Assembly (NCBI GenBank): GCA_945893125.1
Contig: CAMDDY010000003.1
Location: 1 to 35,159, forward strand
Direction: 5' to 3'
DNA length: 35,159 nucleotides
From: Bordetella parapertussis
GTDB lineage: Bacteria; Pseudomonadota; Gammaproteobacteria; Burkholderiales; SG8-41
This document shows, piece by piece, positions 9,176-17,612 of this stretch (the stretch's first letter is position 1; each line of letters opens with the position of its first letter). The notes under the pieces were generated by a model that saw only the letters and a program-made list of their open reading frames with translations, was not told the origin of the DNA and did not search any database. Both the position numbers and the translations under genes were made by a program.

Positions 9176-10375
9176 TTGTCCACACCACCCGCCACACTCG
9201 AAGCGCAGGATGAAAACGGCGCGCTGATCGCGCACCCTTTCTCGGCATTGCGCACGATCGACGGCCTTGCCGCCGTGGGCTGGCGCTCGGAGGCCGGTTT
9301 GCCGCCGCCGAAGCGCGTGGTGCTGATCGACGACACCATGACAGCCGACACGGCCTACCGCCTGGCGTGCGAAGGCACGGCCATGCTGTGGCGCGGCGAC
9401 TTTCAGAACGCGAAGCTTTTTTTGCAGGCGCTGGCGCGGCGCGTGGATCACGAGAAGCGCCGGCCACGCAAACCCAAAGTCGTGGCCGAACCGTCAAAAT
9501 CCGACGGCTTTAACCGCTATCGCCTCGCCCGCTCACAACGCGCCCGCACGCTGGGCATGCTGTTGATTCCGTTCGATGCCGGTCACGGCATACCACTGCG
9601 GCGCGCGCCGGATGTGGCCGAGGCCTGTGAAGCGGCTTACGGCGCGGCAACCGAACCGTACGTGGCGTCGCTGCGCGAACTGCTGGGCATGATCGGCGCG
9701 TTTGAGTGGCAGAAAAAAGGCGTTGAAGTGTCCGTGCTCGGCGCGCGCATTTACCCGCACTACGGCGTGTTCGCGCCGGTGCGCAGCGAGTATGTGCAAC
9801 TGGTGGCCGGGGCGCTTTTCGCCACGCGCGAACCGCCGCCACTGGCCTTCGACATCGGCACTGGCACGGGGGTGCTGGCCGCGTTACTCGCAAAGCGCGG
9901 TGTGGCGCGTGTGATCGCCACCGAGAATGATCCGCGCGCCCTGGCCTGTGCGCGCGATAATGTGCGGCGCTTGGCGCTTACGGATCGTATCGAGGTAGTA
10001 GAGGCTGATTTATTTCCGGAGGGACGTGCCCCGCTGATCGTGTGCAATCCGCCGTGGATCCCCGCGCGGCCCGCCACGCCGCTGGAACACGCGGTGTACG
10101 ACGCGGATAGCCGCATGCTGCGCGGTTTTCTCGCTGGCCTCGCGGCGCATCTTGCGCCCGGCGGCGAGGGCTGGCTGATTTTGTCAGACATCGCCGAGCA
10201 TCTGGGCCTGCGCACGCGTGACGAACTGCTGGCGTGGATCGACAAGGCGGGATTGAAAGTGCTGGGCAAAACCGATATCAAACCAAAACACCCGCGCGCG
10301 TCGGACGCGAGCGACGCGTTGCACAACGCGCGCGCGGCAGAGGTGACTTCATTATGGCGATTGGCGAGTGTGTGA
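9176..10375 (+). CDS. Class I SAM-dependent methyltransferase (MTS/HemK-like C-terminal domain)
   Basis: PHYGVF, FDIGTGTG (motif I), CNPPW (motif IV). TTG start with AGGGGA RBS. Confidence 0.88.
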   Translation: MSTPPATLEAQDENGALIAHPFSALRTIDGLAAVGWRSEAGLPPPKRVVLIDDTMTADTAYRLACEGTAMLWRGDFQNAKLFLQALARRVDHEKRRPRKPKVVAEPSKSDGFNRYRLARSQRARTLGMLLIPFDAGHGIPLRRAPDVAEACEAAYGAATEPYVASLRELLGMIGAFEWQKKGVEVSVLGARIYPHYGVFAPVRSEYVQLVAGALFATREPPPLAFDIGTGTGVLAALLAKRGVARVIATENDPRALACARDNVRRLALTDRIEVVEADLFPEGRAPLIVCNPPWIPARPATPLEHAVYDADSRMLRGFLAGLAAHLAPGGEGWLILSDIAEHLGLRTRDELLAWIDKAGLKVLGKTDIKPKHPRASDASDALHNARAAEVTSLWRLASV

Positions 10376-11409
10376 TTAAACAGGCGTTGCGTGGGCGCCT
10401 GCCGAATGGCGGGCGCGCGGTAGCCATGCTCGCCGCACTGGGACTGTTTTCGCATGCGCAGGCCCAGATGCCATCGACGCCTTCGACCCCTTCCGCCAAC
10501 GCGGCGCAATCCTACCCCGCCAAACCGATCCGCTTCATCATCCCCTTCCCCGCCGCCGGCCCGCGCGACATTCAGGCGCGGCTGATCGCGCCCAAGATCA
10601 CCGAGACGTGGGGACAAGCGGTGGTGATCGACAACCGCGCGGGTGCGAACGGCATCATCGGCACTGAGCTCGCCGCCAAGGCGCCGGCGGACGGCCATAC
10701 GCTGGTGCTGATTTCGGCGGGCTTTGCCTCCGCTCCCGCGCTGTATGCGAAATTGCCTTACGACACCGTGCGCGACTTTGTGCCGGTGGCGCCGCTGACG
10801 TCCGGCCCCGGCATCCTGGTGGTCAATAATTCGCTGCCGGTGAAATCGGTGAAGGAATTCATCGCCTATGCGCGCACACGGCCCGGCCAGTTGCACTACG
10901 GCTCGGCGGGCAACGGCGCCGCCAGTCATCTGTCGGTGGAGCTGTTCAGCGTGATGACGGAAACGCGCTTCGGCCATGTGCCGTACAAAGGTATGGCGCC
11001 GGCGTTAAACGATGTGATCGGCGGGCAAATTCAAGTCAGCCTGCCGACCATCCCCGGCGGCCTGCCGCACGCACAGGCGGGACGCGTGCGCGCGCTGGGC
11101 GTCAGCGGCGCCAAGCGCTCGCCCGCCGCGCCCGAGATCCCGACGGTGGCGGAGGCCGGCGTGCCTGGTTTTGAAGCCACCAACTGGTACGGCATGGCAG
11201 CACCAACGGGCACGCCGCGCGCGATTGTGCTCAAGCTGAATCAGGAATTCACCCGCATCCTCGGCCTGCCGGATGTGCGCGGCAAATTGCTGAGCATGGG
11301 CATGGAGCCGGAAGCCAGCAGCGCCGACGCGTTCGCGGACTATCTCAAGCTGGAGATCAGCAAGTGGGCGCGGGTGGTCAAAGCGTCGGGCTTACGGCTT
11401 GAGATGTAA
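10372..11409 (+). CDS. Bug/TctC substrate-binding protein
   Basis: YPAKPIRFIIPF, DNRAGANG, YGSAGNG..SHL, HVPYKG. GTG start overlaps the upstream TGA; start uncertain. Confidence 0.9.
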   Translation: MIKQALRGRLPNGGRAVAMLAALGLFSHAQAQMPSTPSTPSANAAQSYPAKPIRFIIPFPAAGPRDIQARLIAPKITETWGQAVVIDNRAGANGIIGTELAAKAPADGHTLVLISAGFASAPALYAKLPYDTVRDFVPVAPLTSGPGILVVNNSLPVKSVKEFIAYARTRPGQLHYGSAGNGAASHLSVELFSVMTETRFGHVPYKGMAPALNDVIGGQIQVSLPTIPGGLPHAQAGRVRALGVSGAKRSPAAPEIPTVAEAGVPGFEATNWYGMAAPTGTPRAIVLKLNQEFTRILGLPDVRGKLLSMGMEPEASSADAFADYLKLEISKWARVVKASGLRLEM

Positions 11410-11479
11410 ATTATGTAAATATTTGTTTATAAACAAATAATTAAGCATTCGCAGTGAGTTAGCCCGCGCTCACTCTCAC

Positions 11480-12388
11480 TTACTTTGTGGCGGCAATCGC
11501 ATCCCACACCGGCAAATCACGCGCCTCGAACGGCCGATCCCAAGCCGCGCAATTGGCGCGATCCACAATCTCCACCGGCAACAAAATCTCACGCGGCACA
11601 CGTTCGCCGCGCAGGTGACGCAGCGCCGCTTCGGCGGCCAGGCACGCCATTTTCATGGCGTCAAAACTGGCGGTGGCGAGCATCGTGCCGGCCTTGATGG
11701 CATCAATCGCGGCGGGCACGGCGTTCACGCCGACAATCGGGCACAGCGGCAGTTTCGCGGCGGACATCGCCTCGATTACGCCCAGCGCCATCGCGTCGTT
11801 GGCGGCCAGCACCGCGTCGAACGCAACGCCACGCTTGAGAAACTGCGCCATCTCGCGCGCCGCGGCATTCTGCAAAAACTCGCCGTGCAGATCCGCCACG
11901 CGCGTGATATTCGGTGCGGCGGCAAAGGCTTCGGCAAAACCTTTTAGCCGGTCGCGCCCCGAAATCGATCCGTGCGTGCCCGCCAGCACCAGCACCCGGC
12001 CCCGCTGTTCTAAATGCGCGAACAAATGGTTGGCGACGCGCACCGCCAGCGCGCGATCATCCGAGCCGGCGAAGCTCACCCACTCGCCGCCCTGCAAACG
12101 ATTCACAAACGCAAACACCGGTATGCCCGCCGCGTTGAGTTTTTTTACCGAGGGAATCATCGCCTCGGCATCGGTGGCCACGAACAGGCAGGCATCGGGG
12201 CGCGCAACGATGGCCTGCTCGACCAAGGCCTGCTGCTGCCCGGCGTGATCCGGGATGTCGGGTATGTAATGCACGGTGCGCGCACCCATGCGTGCGGCCA
12301 CGCGATCGGTGCCCAGGCGCGCGGCAGCATAGGCGGGATTGAGATGGTTCTTGGTAAATACTGCGAGAGTGGGGGTGGGGGTGGTCAT
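11480..12388 (-). CDS. RbsB-like (type I periplasmic-binding fold) sugar-binding protein with no signal peptide
   Basis: NPAY, AAGIPVF, G.DD, R.KGF, AANDAMALG, GVNA motifs. ATGA-coupled to the upstream methyltransferase. Confidence 0.8.
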   Translation of the reverse strand: MTTPTPTLAVFTKNHLNPAYAAARLGTDRVAARMGARTVHYIPDIPDHAGQQQALVEQAIVARPDACLFVATDAEAMIPSVKKLNAAGIPVFAFVNRLQGGEWVSFAGSDDRALAVRVANHLFAHLEQRGRVLVLAGTHGSISGRDRLKGFAEAFAAAPNITRVADLHGEFLQNAAAREMAQFLKRGVAFDAVLAANDAMALGVIEAMSAAKLPLCPIVGVNAVPAAIDAIKAGTMLATASFDAMKMACLAAEAALRHLRGERVPREILLPVEIVDRANCAAWDRPFEARDLPVWDAIAATK

Positions 12389-13260
12389 GAGGCGGCAAAC
12401 CTTTCCTGAAGTTCCATCAGACCCAGTTGTTCGAGCAAATCATGCAGCCGTTGCGCCGGACGCGGGCGCGGCAAATCCTTGTAGCTCGCGATAATCAGTT
12501 CATTCTTCAGCGAGTGTTCCCAGCCCACCAGCTCGGTGACATTGACCTGATAGCCGTGCGCCTCGAGTTGCAGGCAACGCAACACGTTGGTGATGTGACT
12601 GCCGAATTCGCGCGTGTGCAGCGGATGCCGCCACGCTTCGGTCAGCGCGCCGGTGTGTGAATCGGCGAGCGCGGCGCCTTTGTTTTTACGCAGCGCCGCC
12701 GCGACTTCTGCCTGACAGCACGGCGCCAGCACGATGAAGCGCGCGCGTTTTTGCAACGCGAAACGAATCGCGTCGTCGGTGGCGGTGTCGCAGGCGTGCA
12801 GCGCGGTGACGAGATCGAATTTTTCGGACAAATCTACCGATGGCGCCGATGCAATGGCGCCGGCCACCGGCAGGTCGATAAACGTCATGCGCGTGAAGCC
12901 CAGCGTCTGTGCCAGCGCGGCTGATTTTTGCACCAGTTCGCCGCGCGCTTCAATGCCGACAATGTGCGAAGCATCGTCACGCGATTTGAAAAATAAATCG
13001 TAGAGTATGAAGCCCAGGTACGATTTTCCCGCGCCGATATCCGCCACCTGCACGCTGCCGTGTTCTTGTGTGATCTGGTTAAGCAGCGGTTCGATAAACT
13101 GCGCCAGGTGATACACCTGTTTCAATTTGCGGCGGCTGTCCTGATTCATGCGCCCGTCGCGCGTGAGGATATGCAGTTCCTTCAGCAGCTCGATGGATTG
13201 GCCGGGGCGGATTTCGGGCGCCGACGGCGGCGTTGTGGTTTTGCTGCTGTGACGGGGCAT
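12385..13260 (-). CDS. SAM-dependent methyltransferase (Methyltransf_32-like)
   Basis: LHILTRDG, RRKLKQV, DIGAGKSYLGF, ALHACDTATD, PCCQ. Start at MPRHS (13260) preferred. Confidence 0.88.
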   Translation of the reverse strand: MPRHSSKTTTPPSAPEIRPGQSIELLKELHILTRDGRMNQDSRRKLKQVYHLAQFIEPLLNQITQEHGSVQVADIGAGKSYLGFILYDLFFKSRDDASHIVGIEARGELVQKSAALAQTLGFTRMTFIDLPVAGAIASAPSVDLSEKFDLVTALHACDTATDDAIRFALQKRARFIVLAPCCQAEVAAALRKNKGAALADSHTGALTEAWRHPLHTREFGSHITNVLRCLQLEAHGYQVNVTELVGWEHSLKNELIIASYKDLPRPRPAQRLHDLLEQLGLMELQERFAAS

Positions 13261-13629
13261 CAGGCGAAAAACGCAAATGAAATGGGAAATGGTATTCGTG
13301 GGATGAGAATATGGCTTCGGCGCAGTGTAGCTGAACTCGCGGATAGGGGTATGATCGTGCATACGATCGTTTTCACTCCGGGAGTTCTCACCATGAAATC
13401 CACGCGTTCCAACAGCGCCAGCGCGTCTTTCGATGTGATGGGGCAGTCAAACTCCGGCCCTTGCTCGATAGGCGCGGCGCCGACGGATCAATACCCGTGA
13501 CTAGGCCCAAGCAGCCGGACGAGAGCTGACCGCCCCGCGTCTATCGCGCCAATTGTGTTCACCGGTAAATCAAGGATTTTCGCAACAGCGGGATCACCGC
13601 GTTAGACGGCATCGCAAACGCTTTCATTG

Positions 13630-14136
13630 ATGAAATCGGCCATTCGCCCCATCACCGAATCCGACGCGGCGGCCACCTGCGCGATCTACAACGCTTACGT
13701 GCTCGAAACGGTTATCACCTTTGAACAAACGCCCGTTATCGAAACGGACATGGCACAGCGCATCCGCGACACCACGGCGTTGTATCCGTGGCTGGTGGCC
13801 GAAATCAATGAAAAGATAGTCGCCTACGCGTATGCCACGCGCTGGCGCACGCGCGCGGCATACGATCACACGCTCGAAAGCACGATCTACGTCGACCTGC
13901 ATTACACTGGACGCGGCATCGCAAAACCGCTTTATCTGGAACTGCTGCGCGAGCTCAAAGCGCGCGGCGTACATGTGGTGGTAGGCTGCATCGCGTTGCC
14001 CAACGATGCGAGTATTGCGCTTCACGAGAAGTGCGGCTTCGTCAAAGTCGCGCACTTCCCGCGGGTGGGGCGCAAGTTCGAGCGCTGGGTGGATGTGGGG
14101 TTCTGGCAGGCCACTCTCACTGAAACGATGATATAA
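13630..14136 (+). CDS. GNAT N-acetyltransferase (phosphinothricin acetyltransferase/ArsN-like)
   Basis: IYNAYV..TVITFE, YAYA.RWR.R.AY, GRGIA, LPNDASIALHEK.GF, VGRKF.RW.DV. Confidence 0.9.
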   Translation: MKSAIRPITESDAAATCAIYNAYVLETVITFEQTPVIETDMAQRIRDTTALYPWLVAEINEKIVAYAYATRWRTRAAYDHTLESTIYVDLHYTGRGIAKPLYLELLRELKARGVHVVVGCIALPNDASIALHEKCGFVKVAHFPRVGRKFERWVDVGFWQATLTETMI

Positions 14137-14172
14137 CTATTTATTTTTACACCTATTTTTTAAGGGGCGCGT

Positions 14173-14589
14173 ATGCCAACTTCACTGCTCGCCGGAAGTT
14201 GCCTTTGTGGCGGCGTTAAATTCGATGTGACGCCGCCGTTCACGGCGTTTCGCTATTGCCATTGCACGCGCTGTCAAAAAGCGTCGGGCAGCGCGCACGC
14301 GGCGAATGCGTTCGTGGCGGCGGCGCAATTCCAATGGCGCGCGGGCGAGTCGTTGATCACACGCTACGACCACGCGCCCGCGCAACGTTTCGCGGTGTGG
14401 TTTTGCGGCACGTGCGGTTCACGCGTGCCGCACCCGGTGCGCGGGCGCGACGACATGCTGATCCCGGCGGGCCTGCTCGATCAGCCGCCGGCGGACATGG
14501 CGCGCCCGCAAAACAGCATATTCTGGGGCTCGCGCGCGGCGTGGTATGTTGAGCCGCACGACATGCCTTGTTTGAATGAATACAAGTAA
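14173..14589 (+). CDS. GFA/CENP-V family Zn-binding protein
   Basis: GSCLCGGV, CHCTRCQK, FCGTCGS. Confidence 0.9.
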   Translation: MPTSLLAGSCLCGGVKFDVTPPFTAFRYCHCTRCQKASGSAHAANAFVAAAQFQWRAGESLITRYDHAPAQRFAVWFCGTCGSRVPHPVRGRDDMLIPAGLLDQPPADMARPQNSIFWGSRAAWYVEPHDMPCLNEYK

Positions 14590-14605
14590 CCAACGAGGAT
14601 TTACC

Positions 14606-15583
14606 ATGCAACGAATACTGAATGTCGCCGCAGCTACTCTGCTGGCGCTTACCGCCGGCGCGTCATACGCACAAACCGCATCGGTTGCGTATCCCGACCG
14701 CCCGATCCGGCTGGTGGTGCCGTTCCAGTCGGGCGGCTCGTACGACCCCGTGGCGCGTGTGGTGGCGCACTACATCGGTGAGTCGATGAAGCAGCAGATC
14801 GTCACCGACAATCGCGGCGGCGCCAGCGGGCAATTGGGCGGCGAGATCATCGCGCGCGGCAATCCCGACGGCTACACCGTGGGCATACTCGGCAACAATC
14901 ACACTATCACCGCCGCGTTGAAAACCAACATGCCGTTCGACGTGCTGAAGGATTTTGTGCCGCTGATGCGCGTGGGCGTGGTGGATAACGCGGTAGTGGT
15001 GCATCCGTCGGTACCGGCGAAGTCGCTGAAAGAATTTATCGTGCTGGTGAAGGCCAATCCCGGCAAATACAACTATGGCTCCGGGGGTGCGGCGGGCACC
15101 ACGCATTTCGCGGGTGAATTGTTCAATTCGCTGGCGGGCAGCAAGGTGACGCATGTGCCGTATAAAAGCGGCGGGCCTGCGGTGGTGGCGCTGGTGGGGA
15201 ACGAAACGCAGATGATGGTGCTCAATATGATTAACGCCGATCCGCATATCAAGTCCGGCCGTCTGCGCGGGCTGGCGATGGCCTCCAAGGTGCGCCACCC
15301 GCTGCAACCCGAGTTGCCGACCTCCGCCGAAGCCGGATTGCCGGGATTGGAAATGACGCAGTGGTACGGGCTGGTCACGCCGCTGGGCGTGCCCAAGCCG
15401 ATAGTTGCGCGCTGGCTCAGCGAATTAAAACGCATGGTCGATACGCCCGAAGTCAGCAAACGGCTGGCTTCGCAGGGCGTGACGGCGTATTCCGAAACGC
15501 CGCAACAATTTCTCGATTTCATGAAGGCCGATATCGAGGTGAATCGCAAGATCGCCAAGATAGCGAACATCAAAGCCGACTGA
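14606..15583 (+). CDS. Bug/TctC substrate-binding protein
   Basis: GAGGA RBS, signal peptide ending ASYA-Q, YPDRPIRLVVPF, HVPYKSGG. Confidence 0.92.
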   Translation: MQRILNVAAATLLALTAGASYAQTASVAYPDRPIRLVVPFQSGGSYDPVARVVAHYIGESMKQQIVTDNRGGASGQLGGEIIARGNPDGYTVGILGNNHTITAALKTNMPFDVLKDFVPLMRVGVVDNAVVVHPSVPAKSLKEFIVLVKANPGKYNYGSGGAAGTTHFAGELFNSLAGSKVTHVPYKSGGPAVVALVGNETQMMVLNMINADPHIKSGRLRGLAMASKVRHPLQPELPTSAEAGLPGLEMTQWYGLVTPLGVPKPIVARWLSELKRMVDTPEVSKRLASQGVTAYSETPQQFLDFMKADIEVNRKIAKIANIKAD

Positions 15584-15590
15584 GCCGCCG

Positions 15591-15956
15591 ATGATCGCCG
15601 TGATTTTTGAAGTGCTGCCCGCCGAGGGCAAAGCGGACGAATATTTTGCCATCGCGGCATCGCTGCGGCCCGCGCTGGCAACAATCGACGGCTTTATTTC
15701 CATCGAGCGTTTCGAGAGTGTCACCACGCGCGGAAAGTTTGTGTCGATATCGTTCTGGCGCGATGAAGCCGCCGTGGCCGCGTGGCGTAATGTCGAGGGC
15801 CATCGCGTGGCACAAGCGAAAGGGCGCGACAGTATTTTTGCCGATTACCGGATTCGCGTGGCGTCGGTGATGCGCGATTACAGCATGACCGCGCGCGATG
15901 AAGCGCCCACCGATAGCCGCCAGGCGCACGGCAAATCCGGGGAACGTCATTCATGA
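15591..15956 (+). CDS. Antibiotic biosynthesis monooxygenase (ABM) family protein
   Basis: MIAVIFEV, DGFISIERFES, SFWRDE.AV.AWRN..HR.AQ.KGR..IF.DY. Confidence 0.9.
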   Translation: MIAVIFEVLPAEGKADEYFAIAASLRPALATIDGFISIERFESVTTRGKFVSISFWRDEAAVAAWRNVEGHRVAQAKGRDSIFADYRIRVASVMRDYSMTARDEAPTDSRQAHGKSGERHS

Positions 15957-16450
15957 TTCGTATCGCCTATGTCGTGTTGGCCTTGCTGCCGGCATTGGCC
16001 CAGGCACAATGGATTAACGAGATTGTTGCGGCCACGGAACCGAATTGTGCCGTCGAAAGCCCCCCTGCCGCGGCGGGCATCGCGGCCACGCCGGGTGGTT
16101 TTGTGATGGTGTATCCGCGCAATGACGCGCTGCCGAAGCAGTACACCGGTTGCAAAGCGATGTGGGTGGTGGATGGCGAGCGATTCCGGCGCATGGCGAC
16201 GCTGTATTTCAAGGACGGCAATCTGGTGACGGGGGCGGCGCACAACACGCGTGATGTCTCGGGCAAGCTCGACGGCGCCTGCGCGTTTCCGGAAGGCAAA
16301 TCCTTGCTGCCGAATGCCGGCCGCCAAATCAAGGATACCGGCTGCGGCGGTTTCGCCCGGGATCCGTTCTACGACCTGCACTTGCCGACGTGGCCGCGCA
16401 GTTGTCTGACCGATCCCAACGCAGCAATTTGTCAGCAGGCTCCGCGCTAG
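15953..16450 (+). CDS. Hypothetical secreted protein with six Cys
   Basis: Sec signal ending AQA-Q; ATGA overlap with the ABM gene; no family recognised. Confidence 0.7.
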   Translation: MIRIAYVVLALLPALAQAQWINEIVAATEPNCAVESPPAAAGIAATPGGFVMVYPRNDALPKQYTGCKAMWVVDGERFRRMATLYFKDGNLVTGAAHNTRDVSGKLDGACAFPEGKSLLPNAGRQIKDTGCGGFARDPFYDLHLPTWPRSCLTDPNAAICQQAPR

Positions 16451-16473
16451 CGCGTCGCTTTCCACGGCGCGGT

Positions 16474-16502
16474 TTGACCAAGGTGTCATAGCGCCCTAAC
16501 AT
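16474..16502 (+). promoter_or_regulatory. Putative sigma70 promoter TTGACC-17-TAACAT
   Basis: Near-consensus hexamers with 17-bp spacing, ~210 nt upstream of the hydrolase ATG. Confidence 0.5.
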
Positions 16503-16601
16503 GCGCCCTCCTTGCCTGCGATAAGGCAGCAAAAGGTGGCAACATGAATCGGGGGAACGGTTTCGTGCGATGGCCGGCATCCGCGTCACGCAAGCGTTTT
16601 A

Positions 16602-16670
16602 CAAAGACGCGAAGAACACCACGCAAAGAAATTCAACACCGGTTTTCTTTGCGTTTCCTTTGCGTCTTTG
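16602..16670. repeat. Inverted repeat built from CGCAAAG-type units
   Basis: CAAAGACGCGAAG..ACGCAAAGAAA paired with TTTCTTTGCGT..CTTTGCGTCTTTG. Confidence 0.75.
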
Positions 16671-16713
16671 CGGTAAAGACGTTGACCTTATATTTATCTT
16701 ATAGAGAGCCGCC

Positions 16714-17520
16714 ATGCCCACACTACAAGTCACTCCCGATTGCAATATGTATTACGAAGTCACCGACTTCGCCGAGCCGTGGCGCAGCCACGAAACCATT
16801 TTGCTGCTGCACGGCAATGCCGAAAGCGGCGAGGCGTATTACGGCTGGATGCCGGAACTCGCGCGCGACAATCGCGTGGTGCGCCCCGACATGCGCGGCT
16901 TTGGCCGTTCGACGCCGATGCCGCGCGATCACGCGTGGTCGCTCGATCGCATCGTTGATGATTTCATCGCGGTGATGGATCACCTGAAGATCGATAAATT
17001 TTATCTCGTCGGCGCGAAAGTCGGCGGCACCATGGCGATGCATCTGGCGGCGCGCCATCCGTCGCGCGTAAAAACCGTGTCGGCGTTGTCTTCACCCACG
17101 CGCGGCGAGGACGCAGGCGAGCGCTACCGCGCCTGGGTGCGGCTCATCGAAAAAAGTGGTGTCGGCGGTTGGGCGCGGGAAACCATGGGCAAGCGCCTTG
17201 GCAGCAACTTTCCCTCCGCAGGTGTCGAGTGGTGGATTAACCTCATGGGCAAGACGGCGTCTTCAACGCAATTGGGGTTCATCGGCTCCGTGCCCAAGGT
17301 CGATGTCACGCAGGATCTGCCGAATATTCGTTGCCCCGCACAGGTGATCACCACGCAAAACAATCCCATGTATTCGGTGGAAGTGATCCGCGCGTGGCAG
17401 CAGAAAATCCCCAACTCGGAATTGCTGGTGCTGCCGGCGGATGGCTATCACGTGGCGGCAACCGCGCCGGTGGCGTGTGCCAAGGCGGTGCTGGATTTTA
17501 TTGCGCGGCATAAATCATAA
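16714..17520 (+). CDS. Alpha/beta-hydrolase-fold protein with non-canonical nucleophile elbow
   Basis: LLLHG, PDMRGFGRS, LVGAKVGG where GxSxG is expected, IPNSEL..GYH. Confidence 0.88.
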   Translation: MPTLQVTPDCNMYYEVTDFAEPWRSHETILLLHGNAESGEAYYGWMPELARDNRVVRPDMRGFGRSTPMPRDHAWSLDRIVDDFIAVMDHLKIDKFYLVGAKVGGTMAMHLAARHPSRVKTVSALSSPTRGEDAGERYRAWVRLIEKSGVGGWARETMGKRLGSNFPSAGVEWWINLMGKTASSTQLGFIGSVPKVDVTQDLPNIRCPAQVITTQNNPMYSVEVIRAWQQKIPNSELLVLPADGYHVAATAPVACAKAVLDFIARHKS

Positions 17521-17529
17521 ACCCCTTCG

Positions 17530-17591
17530 ACACAGATTTACGCGGATGAACGCAGATTTTTCCGCAGTTAATCTGCGTAAATCTGCATCTG
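17530..17591. repeat. Inverted repeat built from 10-bp ACGCAGAT-type tandem units
   Basis: ACACAGATTT-ACGCGGATGA-ACGCAGATTT followed by AATCTGCGTA-AATCTGCATCTG. Confidence 0.75.
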
Positions 17592-17612
17592 ACGTTTTTG
17601 ACTTTACAGCCA

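Noticed and set aside
17530-17591. Short tandem units as a possible CRISPR array
   Set aside because: Units are ~10 bp with no unique spacers, arranged as an inverted pair; no cas genes in the window
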